Assembly: GCA_963796965.1 (NCBI GenBank)
Contig: CAWCNS010000005.1
Location: forward strand, 512,001 to 576,000
Source of the DNA: Calditrichia bacterium
GTDB taxonomy: Bacteria; Calditrichota; Calditrichia; JAJRVZ01
DNA: 64,000 nt
Direction of reading: 5' to 3'
The notes under the pieces are model-generated. The model searched no databases and had not been told where the DNA came from. It was given only the letters and a program-made list of their open reading frames with translations. Shown in pieces: positions 43,253 through 52,918 of this stretch (position 1 is its first letter; the number at the start of each line of letters is the position of its first letter). A program made the translations under genes and the position numbers.

Positions 43253-43705
43253 ATGGACGAAATGCTTGGAAATCATTATTTTTTAGCCCGCAACTATAAT
43301 CGTGCGGCTGGTTTGCTTGAAAATGCGCTGCGGGTTGATCCAAAAAACAAGCCAATGCGCAGAAAGATCATCATTTGTTTTGCCCAAACGGGTCAGGTAG
43401 ATAAAGCCTTAAAAGTCTTTATATCCCTTATAAAGGAGGATATCGACTTTGTCATCAATACCGATCCCATTGATGATGATTGCCCTTGTCCGGAACTCGT
43501 GTTTGAATTAGAGAACGAGTTACAGAATAATCGTAATTCCCTCGACTTCAATCTGATACTTGGTATGTTATGGTTATATTGCAAGTTAGATAAATCTGTG
43601 GAATACTTCGAAAAGGCTTACTTGATAGATAAAGATAACAACTCAATCAAATCAATCCGTGCCCTTCTCACTGCAAGGTTAGAAAAAGAACCCTCCGATA
43701 TATAA
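43253..43705 (+). CDS. TPR-containing protein
   Basis: TPR-like helices (LENALRVDP, YFEKAYLID); GAGGT RBS before the ATG at 43253; CPC motif. Confidence 0.75.
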   Translation: MDEMLGNHYFLARNYNRAAGLLENALRVDPKNKPMRRKIIICFAQTGQVDKALKVFISLIKEDIDFVINTDPIDDDCPCPELVFELENELQNNRNSLDFNLILGMLWLYCKLDKSVEYFEKAYLIDKDNNSIKSIRALLTARLEKEPSDI

Positions 43706-43800
43706 TCAAAAGAAAACAGCTGTTTGCTGATTTCATCATTTAAGCCACTTTCATTTATTAGAACGATTTATTCAATTTAAAAAATTCATTTTGGATTCTT

Positions 43801-44046
43801 AACATTTAGTCCCCAAAGGGACTTCATATTATTGGCTATCATTAATGCTATAAACATTAAGTCCCTAACGGGACCTTTGTCATAGGATTAATCCTGCTGT
43901 GAATGTTTTCCATATCTCTACACGACAACAATCGCTTTCCTGAACGAAACAGATATGAATTTACCTGATCCAATGTCTCGTTAGAGACATTATGTTTATA
44001 GCAATATCCAACCCGAATATTTTTTGTCCCGTAGGGACAAGATGCT
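43801..44046. repeat. Nested REP-like hairpin doublet associated with the IS200-like tnpA
   Basis: GTCCCCAAAGGGAC (43809), GTCCCTAACGGGAC (43861), GTCTCGTTAGAGAC (43975), GTCCCGTAGGGAC (44026); 43847-43874 and 43975-44002 are inverted copies. Confidence 0.8.
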
Positions 44047-44050
44047 ATTT

Positions 44051-44512
44051 CTAAACAATATCCTTAAAAATATATCTCTCATCATATGGGACATTATATT
44101 TTTTTAAAAATTCGACATATTCCTGCTTAAATGTTTTCTTTTTATGATGTCTCTCCTGGTTATTAATATAATTTACTACATAATCAATTTGAGAATGAGA
44201 ATAAGAGAATGCCCCAAATCCGGATTGCCACTTAAATTTTCCCTTTACTAATTTTTGCGAATTAATCCATTTTGACGAATTTTCCTTGATATCTTTTAAC
44301 AAATCGGAAACAGATTGAACAGGTTTCATCCCGATAAAAATGTGAATATGATCGGACACACTATTTATTGCAATTAATTTATGCTTCTTATTTTGTATGA
44401 TTCCTGTTATGTATTTGTTTAATTCTTCCTTCCAATCACTTCTTATCAAGCTCATCCTGTTTTCTACAGCAAAGACGGTTTGGATATATAGTTTAGTATA
44501 CGTATTAGCCAT
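44051..44512 (-). CDS. tnpA: IS200/IS605-family Y1 (HUH) transposase
   Basis: DHIHI HUH motif, FKWQSGFGAFS, NYINNQERHH (catalytic Tyr); no tnpB. Confidence 0.93.
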   Translation of the reverse strand: MANTYTKLYIQTVFAVENRMSLIRSDWKEELNKYITGIIQNKKHKLIAINSVSDHIHIFIGMKPVQSVSDLLKDIKENSSKWINSQKLVKGKFKWQSGFGAFSYSHSQIDYVVNYINNQERHHKKKTFKQEYVEFLKKYNVPYDERYIFKDIV

Positions 44513-44581
44513 ATCTGTCCTTCTCTAGTTTTTTACAATATTCCTAATCCCAATCCCAGATATCATCTATCAATCCGGGAA

Positions 44582-45920
44582 TCATTCCTCCCTCTCAAAA
44601 TATTCCCTGGTTACACTAACGATCACAGGCGTCAGGAATAATAATCCCACGAGATTAGGAAAAGCCATTAGAGCATTAAAGAGATCAGCCACAGCCCAAA
44701 CCGTTTCCAATTCCGATATGGCCCCGACTAAAACAAAAATCGTAAAAATATAGCGATAGGGTTTTATTGCTCTGACGCCAGCCAAAAACTCAATCGATTT
44801 TTCTCCATAGTAGGACCAGCCTAGAATTGTAGAAAAAGCAAACAAGGCCAAACCTATAGATACGACATACTGCCCAACCTGGCTCCCAATGCCAGTTGAA
44901 AAAGCCACCGTTGTCAACGCCGCTCCTGTCATGCCACTGCTCCATTCCCCACTGACAATTAAAACCAAACCTGTCAACGTGCATACAACGATCGTATCGA
45001 TAAATGTCTGTGTCATGGAGACAAGGGCCTGGGATACAGGATGCTTGGTTTTAGCGGCAGCAGCAGCAATTGGCGAACTGCCAAGACCGGATTCATTAGA
45101 GAACACGCCGCGGGCAACACCCATTCGAATTGTGAGCATCACCGAAGATCCCAAAAATCCCCCGACACCGGCGGTCGGTGTAAAAGCCTGGGAAACAATT
45201 AAATTTATTGCTTCAGGTATCAGAGAGATATTTATTAATAGAATAAATAAGGCAGCACCCATATAAAAAATTATCATGATCGGTACCAAAACTCCCGTAA
45301 CCCTGCCAATACTTTTTATACCCCCAATAATCACCACAGCAGTAGCCAGAGTGAGTACGATTCCCGTCACCCATGGAGGTAAATGAAAACTACTCTCCAG
45401 GGCATCGGCAACGGAATTGGATTGCACCATATTACCAATCCCAAAGGCGGCGATTGCTGCAAAGAGAGCAAAGAGGATGCCCAGCCATTTCTGGTTTAGG
45501 CCTTTACTTATATAGTACATTGGCCCACCACTCATCATACCCTCTTCATCAATTTCACGGTATTTTACAGACTAATACCGCTTCGGCATATTTTGTAGCC
45601 ATCCCAACTAATCCGGTTATCCACATCCAGAAAAGAGCCCCTGGACCTCCGGCAGCAATTGCGGTTGCTACACCGGCGATATTCCCCGTTCCAACTGTTG
45701 CTGAAAGCGCAGTCATTAAAGCTTGAAAATGGCTGATATCCCCTGGCTCATCGCCATCTTCTTTTCTTTTTATTAGGGCAAGATATAAAGCATGCCAGAG
45801 TTTTGTAAATTGGATCCCTCTCAGACGTAAGGTCAACCATATACCGGTTCCGACCAGCAGTATGATGAGAGGATAACCCCATAAAAATCCGGCGACTGTA
45901 CTAACAATTTCATTTACCAT
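44582..45920 (-). CDS. Sodium:alanine/glycine symporter (AGCS family), 1-nt insertion near 45571
   Basis: [54 protein letters not shown]. Confidence 0.92.
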
Positions 45921-46124
45921 TTGATACTCCTGTTGATAAAAACATGTTGTTCTGGGTACAACTTACTATATTCAGGATATTGGATACTGGATACTGGATA
46001 CTGGATACTGGAAATTCTATCCTACTTAAAAGACTTTCAAGTAAAAGTTTAGTTATTTCAATACTGTCTCACAGTAAACACATCAAGTCACCAGAATCGA
46101 GTATCCAGCATCCGGTATATAGTT

Positions 46125-46785
46125 TCACTCCCTCTTATAAATCACTGCTAATCCGTCATTTTTCTCCAAGGAAGCGCGGATAAAAACCACGTCATATTTT
46201 GGATCACCGCGGACATAATTCAAGAATTCTGACATGGCCGAGGAGAACTGTATTACATTGTCAGCGACAATCATCGCTTCTTTTTTCATCTTTGGCTCGA
46301 GTAATTTAAAATAATCAAAGTATTCACTTTTAGCCGCATCAATAAAAACAAAGTCGATACCATCCTCAAGCGTAGAAATTAATTTTAAGGCATCACCTTC
46401 AAGGCAGGTAACCGTTTTTTGTAAATTTGTCTTTGCAATATTCTCCCGGCATTTTCTTATCATATCTGAATCTATATCAAGTGTAACAAGATGTCCTCCA
46501 TTCTCCTCTAATGCCAGACCCATATGAATCGCACCATACCCCGTTGCCGATCCGATCTCAACGGCATATTTTGCTCCACTGGATAATATCATTAACCTTA
46601 GAAAGCGGGCATCACCAGGTGTGGTATTTAACCCACTCCGCCGAAAATTCTTTATTAAGGCTCTCCCTCTCCTCTTCAATTTTTAAAGGACCATCGTTTT
46701 CCACAAGCGATCCGTTCTGCGCCTGGCAGGCCACTATTCCGAATAGAAATGGAATCAATAATACGACTCTTTTAGTTAGAAACAT
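46125..46785 (-). CDS. O-methyltransferase (Methyltransf_3) with lipoprotein-like signal, 1-nt shift near 46665
   Basis: VEIGSATGYG, DFVFIDAAK, IVADNV; N-terminal IPFLFGIVAC in the upstream frame. Confidence 0.82.
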
Positions 46786-46927
46786 GATTATTATCTCCAC
46801 AAAAATGTTTCACGCAGCGGCGCAACGCCACAACGAATTTATCCACGACAACTTAACTTCGATATTAATAACCACCATTCAGATATTCTTAAATTGAGAT
46901 TGGTAACTATATTGATAGTGTATATAT

Positions 46928-46981
46928 ATAACGACACGATTAATCGTGTCGCTACCCCACACATATTTGCATTTCATTCCT
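46928..46981. repeat. REP-containing repeat, left arm of an inverted pair
   Basis: ATAACGACACGATTAATCGTGTCGCTACCCCACACATATTTGCATTTCATTCCT; near-identical reverse complement at 48708-48764. Confidence 0.8.
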
Positions 46982-47098
46982 GATAAAATTTCTATTTTAA
47001 CTATCTATATTCTGTCTTCTCTCTTCTCTTTTCCTTCGACGCTCTTCTCAACATTCTCCACCCTCTACCCTCCACACTTTACCCTCAACGTTCTACAT

Positions 47099-48487
47099 CT
47101 AACGCTCTCTACGAACATTTCTTTCCCAAACAAAATAGATCGGTACACCTATTAATATCGTTACGATAGCAGCTGTAGATTCCATTGGTCGATGAATATA
47201 TGCGATGACCATCAACGATAAACTGCTGAACAGATAAAAAAGTGGCACAAAGGGATATCCCCATACCTTCACTACTGTATCATCACCTATTCCCTTTCGA
47301 CGTGCAAAGAACAAGCCCAGGATAGCCAGCCAGGGAAAAACATTTAATGCAAAACCAATATAGATCAGCAACTGTTCAAATGATCCAATGATTACCAGGA
47401 AAATAGCTATTCCACCCTGGATTATAATAGAGTGTCCAGGTACTTTATAACGGGGATGTACTTTTGCCGCAAACGAAAAAAACATACGATCTCTGGCCAT
47501 GGCGAAATAAACTCTCGGACCTATCAGGATAAATGCACTGAGAGATGAGAGCAAAGCCACACTAATTATTATCCCTAATATATCTCCCATCCAAGCTCCG
47601 AAAGTTTTAACGGCTGCTGCTTCAACAATAGCAATCGTTCCTTGCGCTTCGACAAATGAGAGTGAAGTGAAAATGAAAAAGTTAAGAGATATGTAAAGAA
47701 TCACAACGATCACCGTGCCAACAACCAGAGATATGGGAAGCGTTCTCTTAGGGTTTTTTAATTCACCGGCAATATAACTGCTGGCATTCCAGCCGCTGTA
47801 TGAAAACATCACAAGCATCATCGCCACGCCAATTCCCATTCCCGTATCCGGCGAATCGAAGGACGATTGAAGCGCAGCTACCCCACCTCCCATCAAATAT
47901 CCGATGAGTGCCAAACCGCCAATGAGCAGCACTTTTAAAACAGTTAAAATATTTTGTACCAGAGCACCGACACGGAGACCAATATAATGAATAGACATGA
48001 ATATCAGAATAACCATAATCGCAATCGCTTTTCTGACTAGTATCAAATCAAATGGCAAAGATCCATCTTCTATATTCATACCGGCGAATAAATAGGCAAC
48101 AAAACTGAGAGCGGAAGCAGCAATGGGTGCTGAAAAACCAACAAAAAAGCTGGTCCATCCTGTCAAAAAACCGAGTGAAGGATGGTAGATTCTTTTCAAA
48201 TATACATATTCACCACCCTCTTCAGGCATCCGTGTTGCCAATTCGGAATAAGTAAGAGCACCTGATAAAGCAATCATTCCTCCCAAGAACCAGCATCCAA
48301 TTACCCAGAAAGCATTTGGTAGATTTTCGGCCATAATGCCAGAGGTAGTAAGAATTCCAGTACCAACCATATTTGCGACAACAATCGCTGTTGCTGAGAA
48401 GATTCCCAAATTGCGGGTTATTTGACCGTTTTTGATCTGTTTTTGCATTAGTTTCTGGATTATTTTGGATGGAATGAAAATTATCAT
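47099..48487 (-). CDS. APC family amino acid permease (alternative start at 48448)
   Basis: ANMVGTGIL, YSELATRMPEEGGEY, FSYSGWN, GPRVYFAMARD. Confidence 0.93.
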   Translation of the reverse strand: MIIFIPSKIIQKLMQKQIKNGQITRNLGIFSATAIVVANMVGTGILTTSGIMAENLPNAFWVIGCWFLGGMIALSGALTYSELATRMPEEGGEYVYLKRIYHPSLGFLTGWTSFFVGFSAPIAASALSFVAYLFAGMNIEDGSLPFDLILVRKAIAIMVILIFMSIHYIGLRVGALVQNILTVLKVLLIGGLALIGYLMGGGVAALQSSFDSPDTGMGIGVAMMLVMFSYSGWNASSYIAGELKNPKRTLPISLVVGTVIVVILYISLNFFIFTSLSFVEAQGTIAIVEAAAVKTFGAWMGDILGIIISVALLSSLSAFILIGPRVYFAMARDRMFFSFAAKVHPRYKVPGHSIIIQGGIAIFLVIIGSFEQLLIYIGFALNVFPWLAILGLFFARRKGIGDDTVVKVWGYPFVPLFYLFSSLSLMVIAYIHRPMESTAAIVTILIGVPIYFVWERNVRRER

Positions 48488-48707
48488 AATTCTATCAAAG
48501 ACGCAAAGACGCAGTAAATTAAATTTAAAGGAGCATACATTAGTAGAGAGTAGAGCGTGGAGTGTTAATCGTGAAGCGTTGGGAGTAGCGGCGCACAGCA
48601 GTGCGTCGATTGATCAGCTGGCACAAAACCAATGGGAAAAGAGATTGGGGAAGGGAGAAGACAGAAAACATGAGACAAAACAAAGAGAGTTAATCGGCAG
48701 ATATTTA

Positions 48708-48764
48708 GAGGTATGAAATGCAAATACGTTGTGGGGTAGCGACACGATTAATCGCATCGTTAAC
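48708..48764. repeat. REP-containing repeat, right arm of the inverted pair
   Basis: AGGTATGAAATGCAAATACGTTGTGGGGTAGCGACACGATTAATCGCATCGTTAAC. Confidence 0.8.
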
Positions 48765-48839
48765 ATACGATATACACCGATCACTGAGAAGTTGACGACA
48801 ATAACAATTCAATTACTAATTACCACAAGTCTGCGAAAT

Positions 48840-49431
48840 TTATTGTGGATAAAAAATATAGACATTATCCATTTCAGGGAAGGTTTCTACTCTGGACAGT
48901 TTATAGTCAGCTTCTGAGACAGAGGCTATCAGATCATCTTTTTTCATAAAATGATCATGTCCCTTGCCCCATCTCTCCGGATCACGGTCAATGATTACAA
49001 CGGGTGCCCCAGGTTTTAAATAGTGTTTCAAATTTTGCATAAAATCAACAGGCTCCGTTAAATCATGGTAAACTATAATCATCACAACCATGTCCAGATT
49101 ATGGACAGGAAAAAGCGGATCATCAGTTTCGCCTAGCACCGTTACAATATTGTCAACACTGTCTTCTTCTGACCTTTTGGCGGATCGTCTTTAAAACTGA
49201 CTTTTTAATATCATTGGCATATATTTTTCCGGTGGGTCCTACACGCGTGGATAATTTAAATGTGAGGTACCCCTCACCTGCCCCAACTTCACCGATCACC
49301 ATTCCTGACTTCACGCCAATCGTATCCAAAACCAGTTCGGGCTGCAGCTGTTTGTCCCGCCGACTCCACTGAGAAGAGCAACTGCTACATAGGAAAAAGA
49401 CCAGGCCAATAATCAGACATAACTTTTTCAT
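48840..49431 (-). CDS. Class I SAM-dependent methyltransferase with signal peptide, 1-nt insertion near 49171
   Basis: GEVGAGEGYLT, KIYANDI, then DMVVMIIVYHD and LKPGAPVVIID in the next frame. Confidence 0.85.
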
Positions 49432-49702
49432 TTTTGGAGAGTCCTGAGAAAAGTTCAAAGCTGAATTACAAATTACTAATTACGAATTCACTCTTTGTAA
49501 TTCCTACTTTGTAATTCGTATTTGGTAGATTTGGTAATTGATAATTGGTAATTGGTAATTGATAAGGTATACGCAGGTCATTTAGAAAAGATGCACATCA
49601 TAATGATAGTAGAAGTTGTAATATTATATTCGGCAATTATGGAAAAATCACCTCCCCCTCCTTAGTAAAGAGGAGGAAGAAAGGGGGAGTTAATTTTATC
49701 TT

Positions 49703-50585
49703 TTAATCGATTTTTAGTGTTTTAATTTCCCACGGCACAATGATCTTCCCCGGTTGATTGACTTCATCTTTAACCCGCATAAGCGAAATGCCAATATATC
49801 GCTTTGATTTTTGAATGTTCTCTGCCCAATCATCATAGGGTGTATCAAAAGTTGTCATTCCCCGTGTGGTTGATTCGCGGACAATTATTTTTCCTTCATT
49901 TTTATATATCATCCACATATGAGCGGCGAAAATATTGTCCAACTTTTCGAAGATTAATACTCCGATATCCCCTTCTTTCAGATTTTTCTTTATCCTTGCC
50001 AAATCTTCCTTTGGAATGTAGTCGATCGTAATCTCCCTATCCGGCATCACATATCTCATATCGGTTATTCCCTTATTTTTAAAAAATTGATCATGAGATA
50101 TGGTACGTGTTACCTGTTTTGTCATGGAACCACCAACTTTTTCTGTCACATCTTCCAATAGCCAATCATTCTCTGGCATCCAATCTGCCATGGTATAATG
50201 ATTTCGTGTACGCATCCCGATCATGCCATCCTTATAACGGATCTGCTGCAGGTTGTTGAAAAAATTATCCCAGCTATCGGAGATCGAAAGTGCCAAAACA
50301 TGCTCGCAATAAACCATGCAATTGGTTGAATCAAAATTCACCAGAGGATAAGGCTCATAAAGGGCGTTTTTTCCATCTCCGGTACATGTCCAGGAATAGG
50401 GCATTTCTAAAAAATATTCTGAATAATACTTCATCTTCTCCGTGATTGTCAGATTCTTTTTCGATATTTCTAACAATAGTTGATCGATTTGCTGACGTTG
50501 TCATTTCAGTAAATCGTTTGGGCTCCTCAGCACAGGCGATTAAGATAAAAGAAAAAAGACAAAAGAAAAATGACTTTAGGTGCAT
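49703..50585 (-). CDS. N-acetylmuramoyl-L-alanine amidase-like (DUF1460/AmiA-like) lipoprotein, 1-nt insertion near 50495
   Basis: Lipobox LIAC; NCMVYCEHVLA, IRYKDG, RNHY, AAHM catalytic Cys/His pattern. Confidence 0.75.
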
Positions 50586-50670
50586 GCTCTGGCTCCGAAT
50601 TTATTGATTTGAATATGGGAATATATGAATTTGGGGGTTAAGATGTGCGGATTTTTTATCTATATTGAGA

Positions 50671-50841
50671 ATAGAACGCGGATGACACGGATAACGCGGA
50701 TTTTCACAGATAATTTATATTCCCTTTATTTATTACATAGAGAAATGAATCTTAGAGATTTTGAAATATCATTAATATAAAATCAATTAATTAAAATAAA
50801 ATCCGCGAAGATCCGCGTTATCCGTGTCATCCGCGTGCTAT
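50671..50841. repeat. Palindromic miniature element, family D (copy 1)
   Basis: ATAGAACGCGGATGACACGGATAACGCGGAT...ATCCGCGTTATCCGTGTCATCCGCGTGCTAT, ~31-bp near-perfect arms. Confidence 0.85.
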
Positions 50842-50842
50842 T

Positions 50843-52909
50843 CTAGCTCTGAAATTGAATACGACAGTTGTCGATAATTGATTGTGCCTTCTTTTTCAAT
50901 TCAAGAACAAAATGGTCATCCTCATGTAATGCCTTCTGACAGGCCTCGAGTGTATTATAATAGAGGGCCCAGCCATTCACTTCTTTCTCATACACATCCT
51001 TCATGTCATTTTCGATAAAATTGATCGTTTTTTGAATGCGCGCAGCTCCGCTTACCATAAACGCCTTGGCCTCAGAGATCTTATTATGGGCTAATAGTGA
51101 AGCGGCTTTAAGGGCGAAACGTAAAAAAACAACTGTTATAGGGATTTTGGAAACAAAACAACCGGTAAACGGATCGATTATTTCCTTAATGCTATCTGTA
51201 TCTTTTTCAAGAATGTCTGCATAAGCTGTAAAGAGTAAAATACGTGTATAATCACCAATTAATTTTCCGGTTGCAGCCATTGCCATCGCTTCCTGGGCGA
51301 AGGCCTCCTTATCATGGCGCATAATTAATCCACTCTGATGAAGATAGGCCAATCGATTTTTCTGATTCTGAAATGTGGAAAGAATATAGGCCTGATCCTC
51401 AGCTCGGCCAAAGAATGAAGGGGTGAAGGGTCTGTATTTAAACAGACTTTCCACCAATATTCCATTTGTCCCACCGGTGACGTGGATACGTTCACTACAA
51501 ACATCCTCACCATAATGGGTAGTTGCATCGGAACGTGTCATCATTTCCGCTTGAGTGGAAATGGCCTGAGGAAGTTTGCTAAAAAATATAAACTCATCAT
51601 TTGACGGATGATTTATTGGGATTGGTACATCGGGGGTAAATAGACCTTTTGAGATATCCTTCTCATTGACTAAGGCGCCGGCAATCATTCCCAGATGAAC
51701 CGGGTGCCCCTGATGGTCCACCCCATCTGCTCCCCATAAGGGTGAGCAGAGATGCTCAAACGCCGATTTTCCGGTTTCCCGCACCAAATCGTCCTGCGGA
51801 AAAATCTGATCAAGGTCTATCTTAAACGTTGCCCGTTTTATAGGATCAATAAAAGTAAGCCACAAGGCATTGATCGCTTTTAAAAAACTATAATGCCGGC
51901 CATACATGCCATCTACCCCAAGAATTTTTAACAGATTCGTGCATTTCTCTTCACCTATACCAAGAAAATGGGTAGCTGCCGGTACCAAAACATCATTAAT
52001 TAACCTCTGTGTCTCTGTTTCAGTGAAAATATACAGATCAATATTTTCTAATGAGCCCGATTTCTGGAATTCTTCTTCAATATAGGGCTTTGCAATTTCA
52101 TGCAGTCGTTCGTGTGTTACAGATGCAGATAAGACACAGGTTATCGTTTCATCAGCATTCAAATTCTTATTTTTTTTCTCATAGGCAACAGCATCGTTTA
52201 AACCCTTCATGCCATATAGCACTTCATTTTTCTCAGGTTCAATACCTATAGGAATTGGATGATCATACCAATACAATTGCTCTTCATTTGTGGCTTTATC
52301 AAGTATGTCAACCATAGATTTATTATAACATGAAGAATTTAGATTGTTTTTGGCGGTGGGGATTGTCAGAAGAATATTAGAGGTAAAAAGTATTTCCTTT
52401 GCAGGAGAATTAATAGGATTTGGATTCGGGGTAATCGTGGTGACGATGCGCTTTTTTTTTAGATTCTCAATACTGGAAGGGATACTTTCTCTTAAATAAG
52501 CGCCTTCCGGAAAAAACAATGCCCAGGTTTGTTCAGCAAAATCCTCATCGCTCATGTCAGTCTTTTCTGAGATACGCTGGCTTATAGTACGAACCTGATC
52601 TAAAAATTCTGGGACTAAGGCAAAACTCTCTTCAATTTCCTGGCGTATTAACTGCAGCCCCCTCCTGTAGAACTCTAAAACGGAATTTGTGTCCTGACCA
52701 CGAAACGTCATCAAGGAGAGGTGATGCTCTGCCTTCGGATCCCCGGAGAGGGCTAAAAGAAATGCCCGGTTAATACCAGTAAGATCTTTTGTCTCATTTG
52801 ACAGGGAATTTGTATCACCATCTGCTTTCTTATTTTCTGTATGGTTAAGCAAAGCCTGAATTATTTGCTCGAAATCTTTCCAGGAATCATCATTCATTAT
52901 TAGTCCCAA
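50843..52909 (-). CDS. Conserved hypothetical protein with possible GT-A glycosyltransferase motifs
   Basis: 688-aa ORF; KIDLDQ, TGGTNG, RAEDQ and MRHD in GT-A order. Confidence 0.75.
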   Translation of the reverse strand: MGLIMNDDSWKDFEQIIQALLNHTENKKADGDTNSLSNETKDLTGINRAFLLALSGDPKAEHHLSLMTFRGQDTNSVLEFYRRGLQLIRQEIEESFALVPEFLDQVRTISQRISEKTDMSDEDFAEQTWALFFPEGAYLRESIPSSIENLKKKRIVTTITPNPNPINSPAKEILFTSNILLTIPTAKNNLNSSCYNKSMVDILDKATNEEQLYWYDHPIPIGIEPEKNEVLYGMKGLNDAVAYEKKNKNLNADETITCVLSASVTHERLHEIAKPYIEEEFQKSGSLENIDLYIFTETETQRLINDVLVPAATHFLGIGEEKCTNLLKILGVDGMYGRHYSFLKAINALWLTFIDPIKRATFKIDLDQIFPQDDLVRETGKSAFEHLCSPLWGADGVDHQGHPVHLGMIAGALVNEKDISKGLFTPDVPIPINHPSNDEFIFFSKLPQAISTQAEMMTRSDATTHYGEDVCSERIHVTGGTNGILVESLFKYRPFTPSFFGRAEDQAYILSTFQNQKNRLAYLHQSGLIMRHDKEAFAQEAMAMAATGKLIGDYTRILLFTAYADILEKDTDSIKEIIDPFTGCFVSKIPITVVFLRFALKAASLLAHNKISEAKAFMVSGAARIQKTINFIENDMKDVYEKEVNGWALYYNTLEACQKALHEDDHFVLELKKKAQSIIDNCRIQFQS

Positions 52910-52918
52910 ACCCCTCTA

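Noticed and set aside
48432..48917. ORFs 48432 and 48729 (also 45944, 46946, 27491)
   Set aside because: Translations of repeat elements
45555..49155. Selenocysteine UGA read-through in split genes, prompted by the tRNA-Sec
   Set aside because: The TGA stops at 45555, 46612 and 49153 come from frameshifts; the continuation is in another frame
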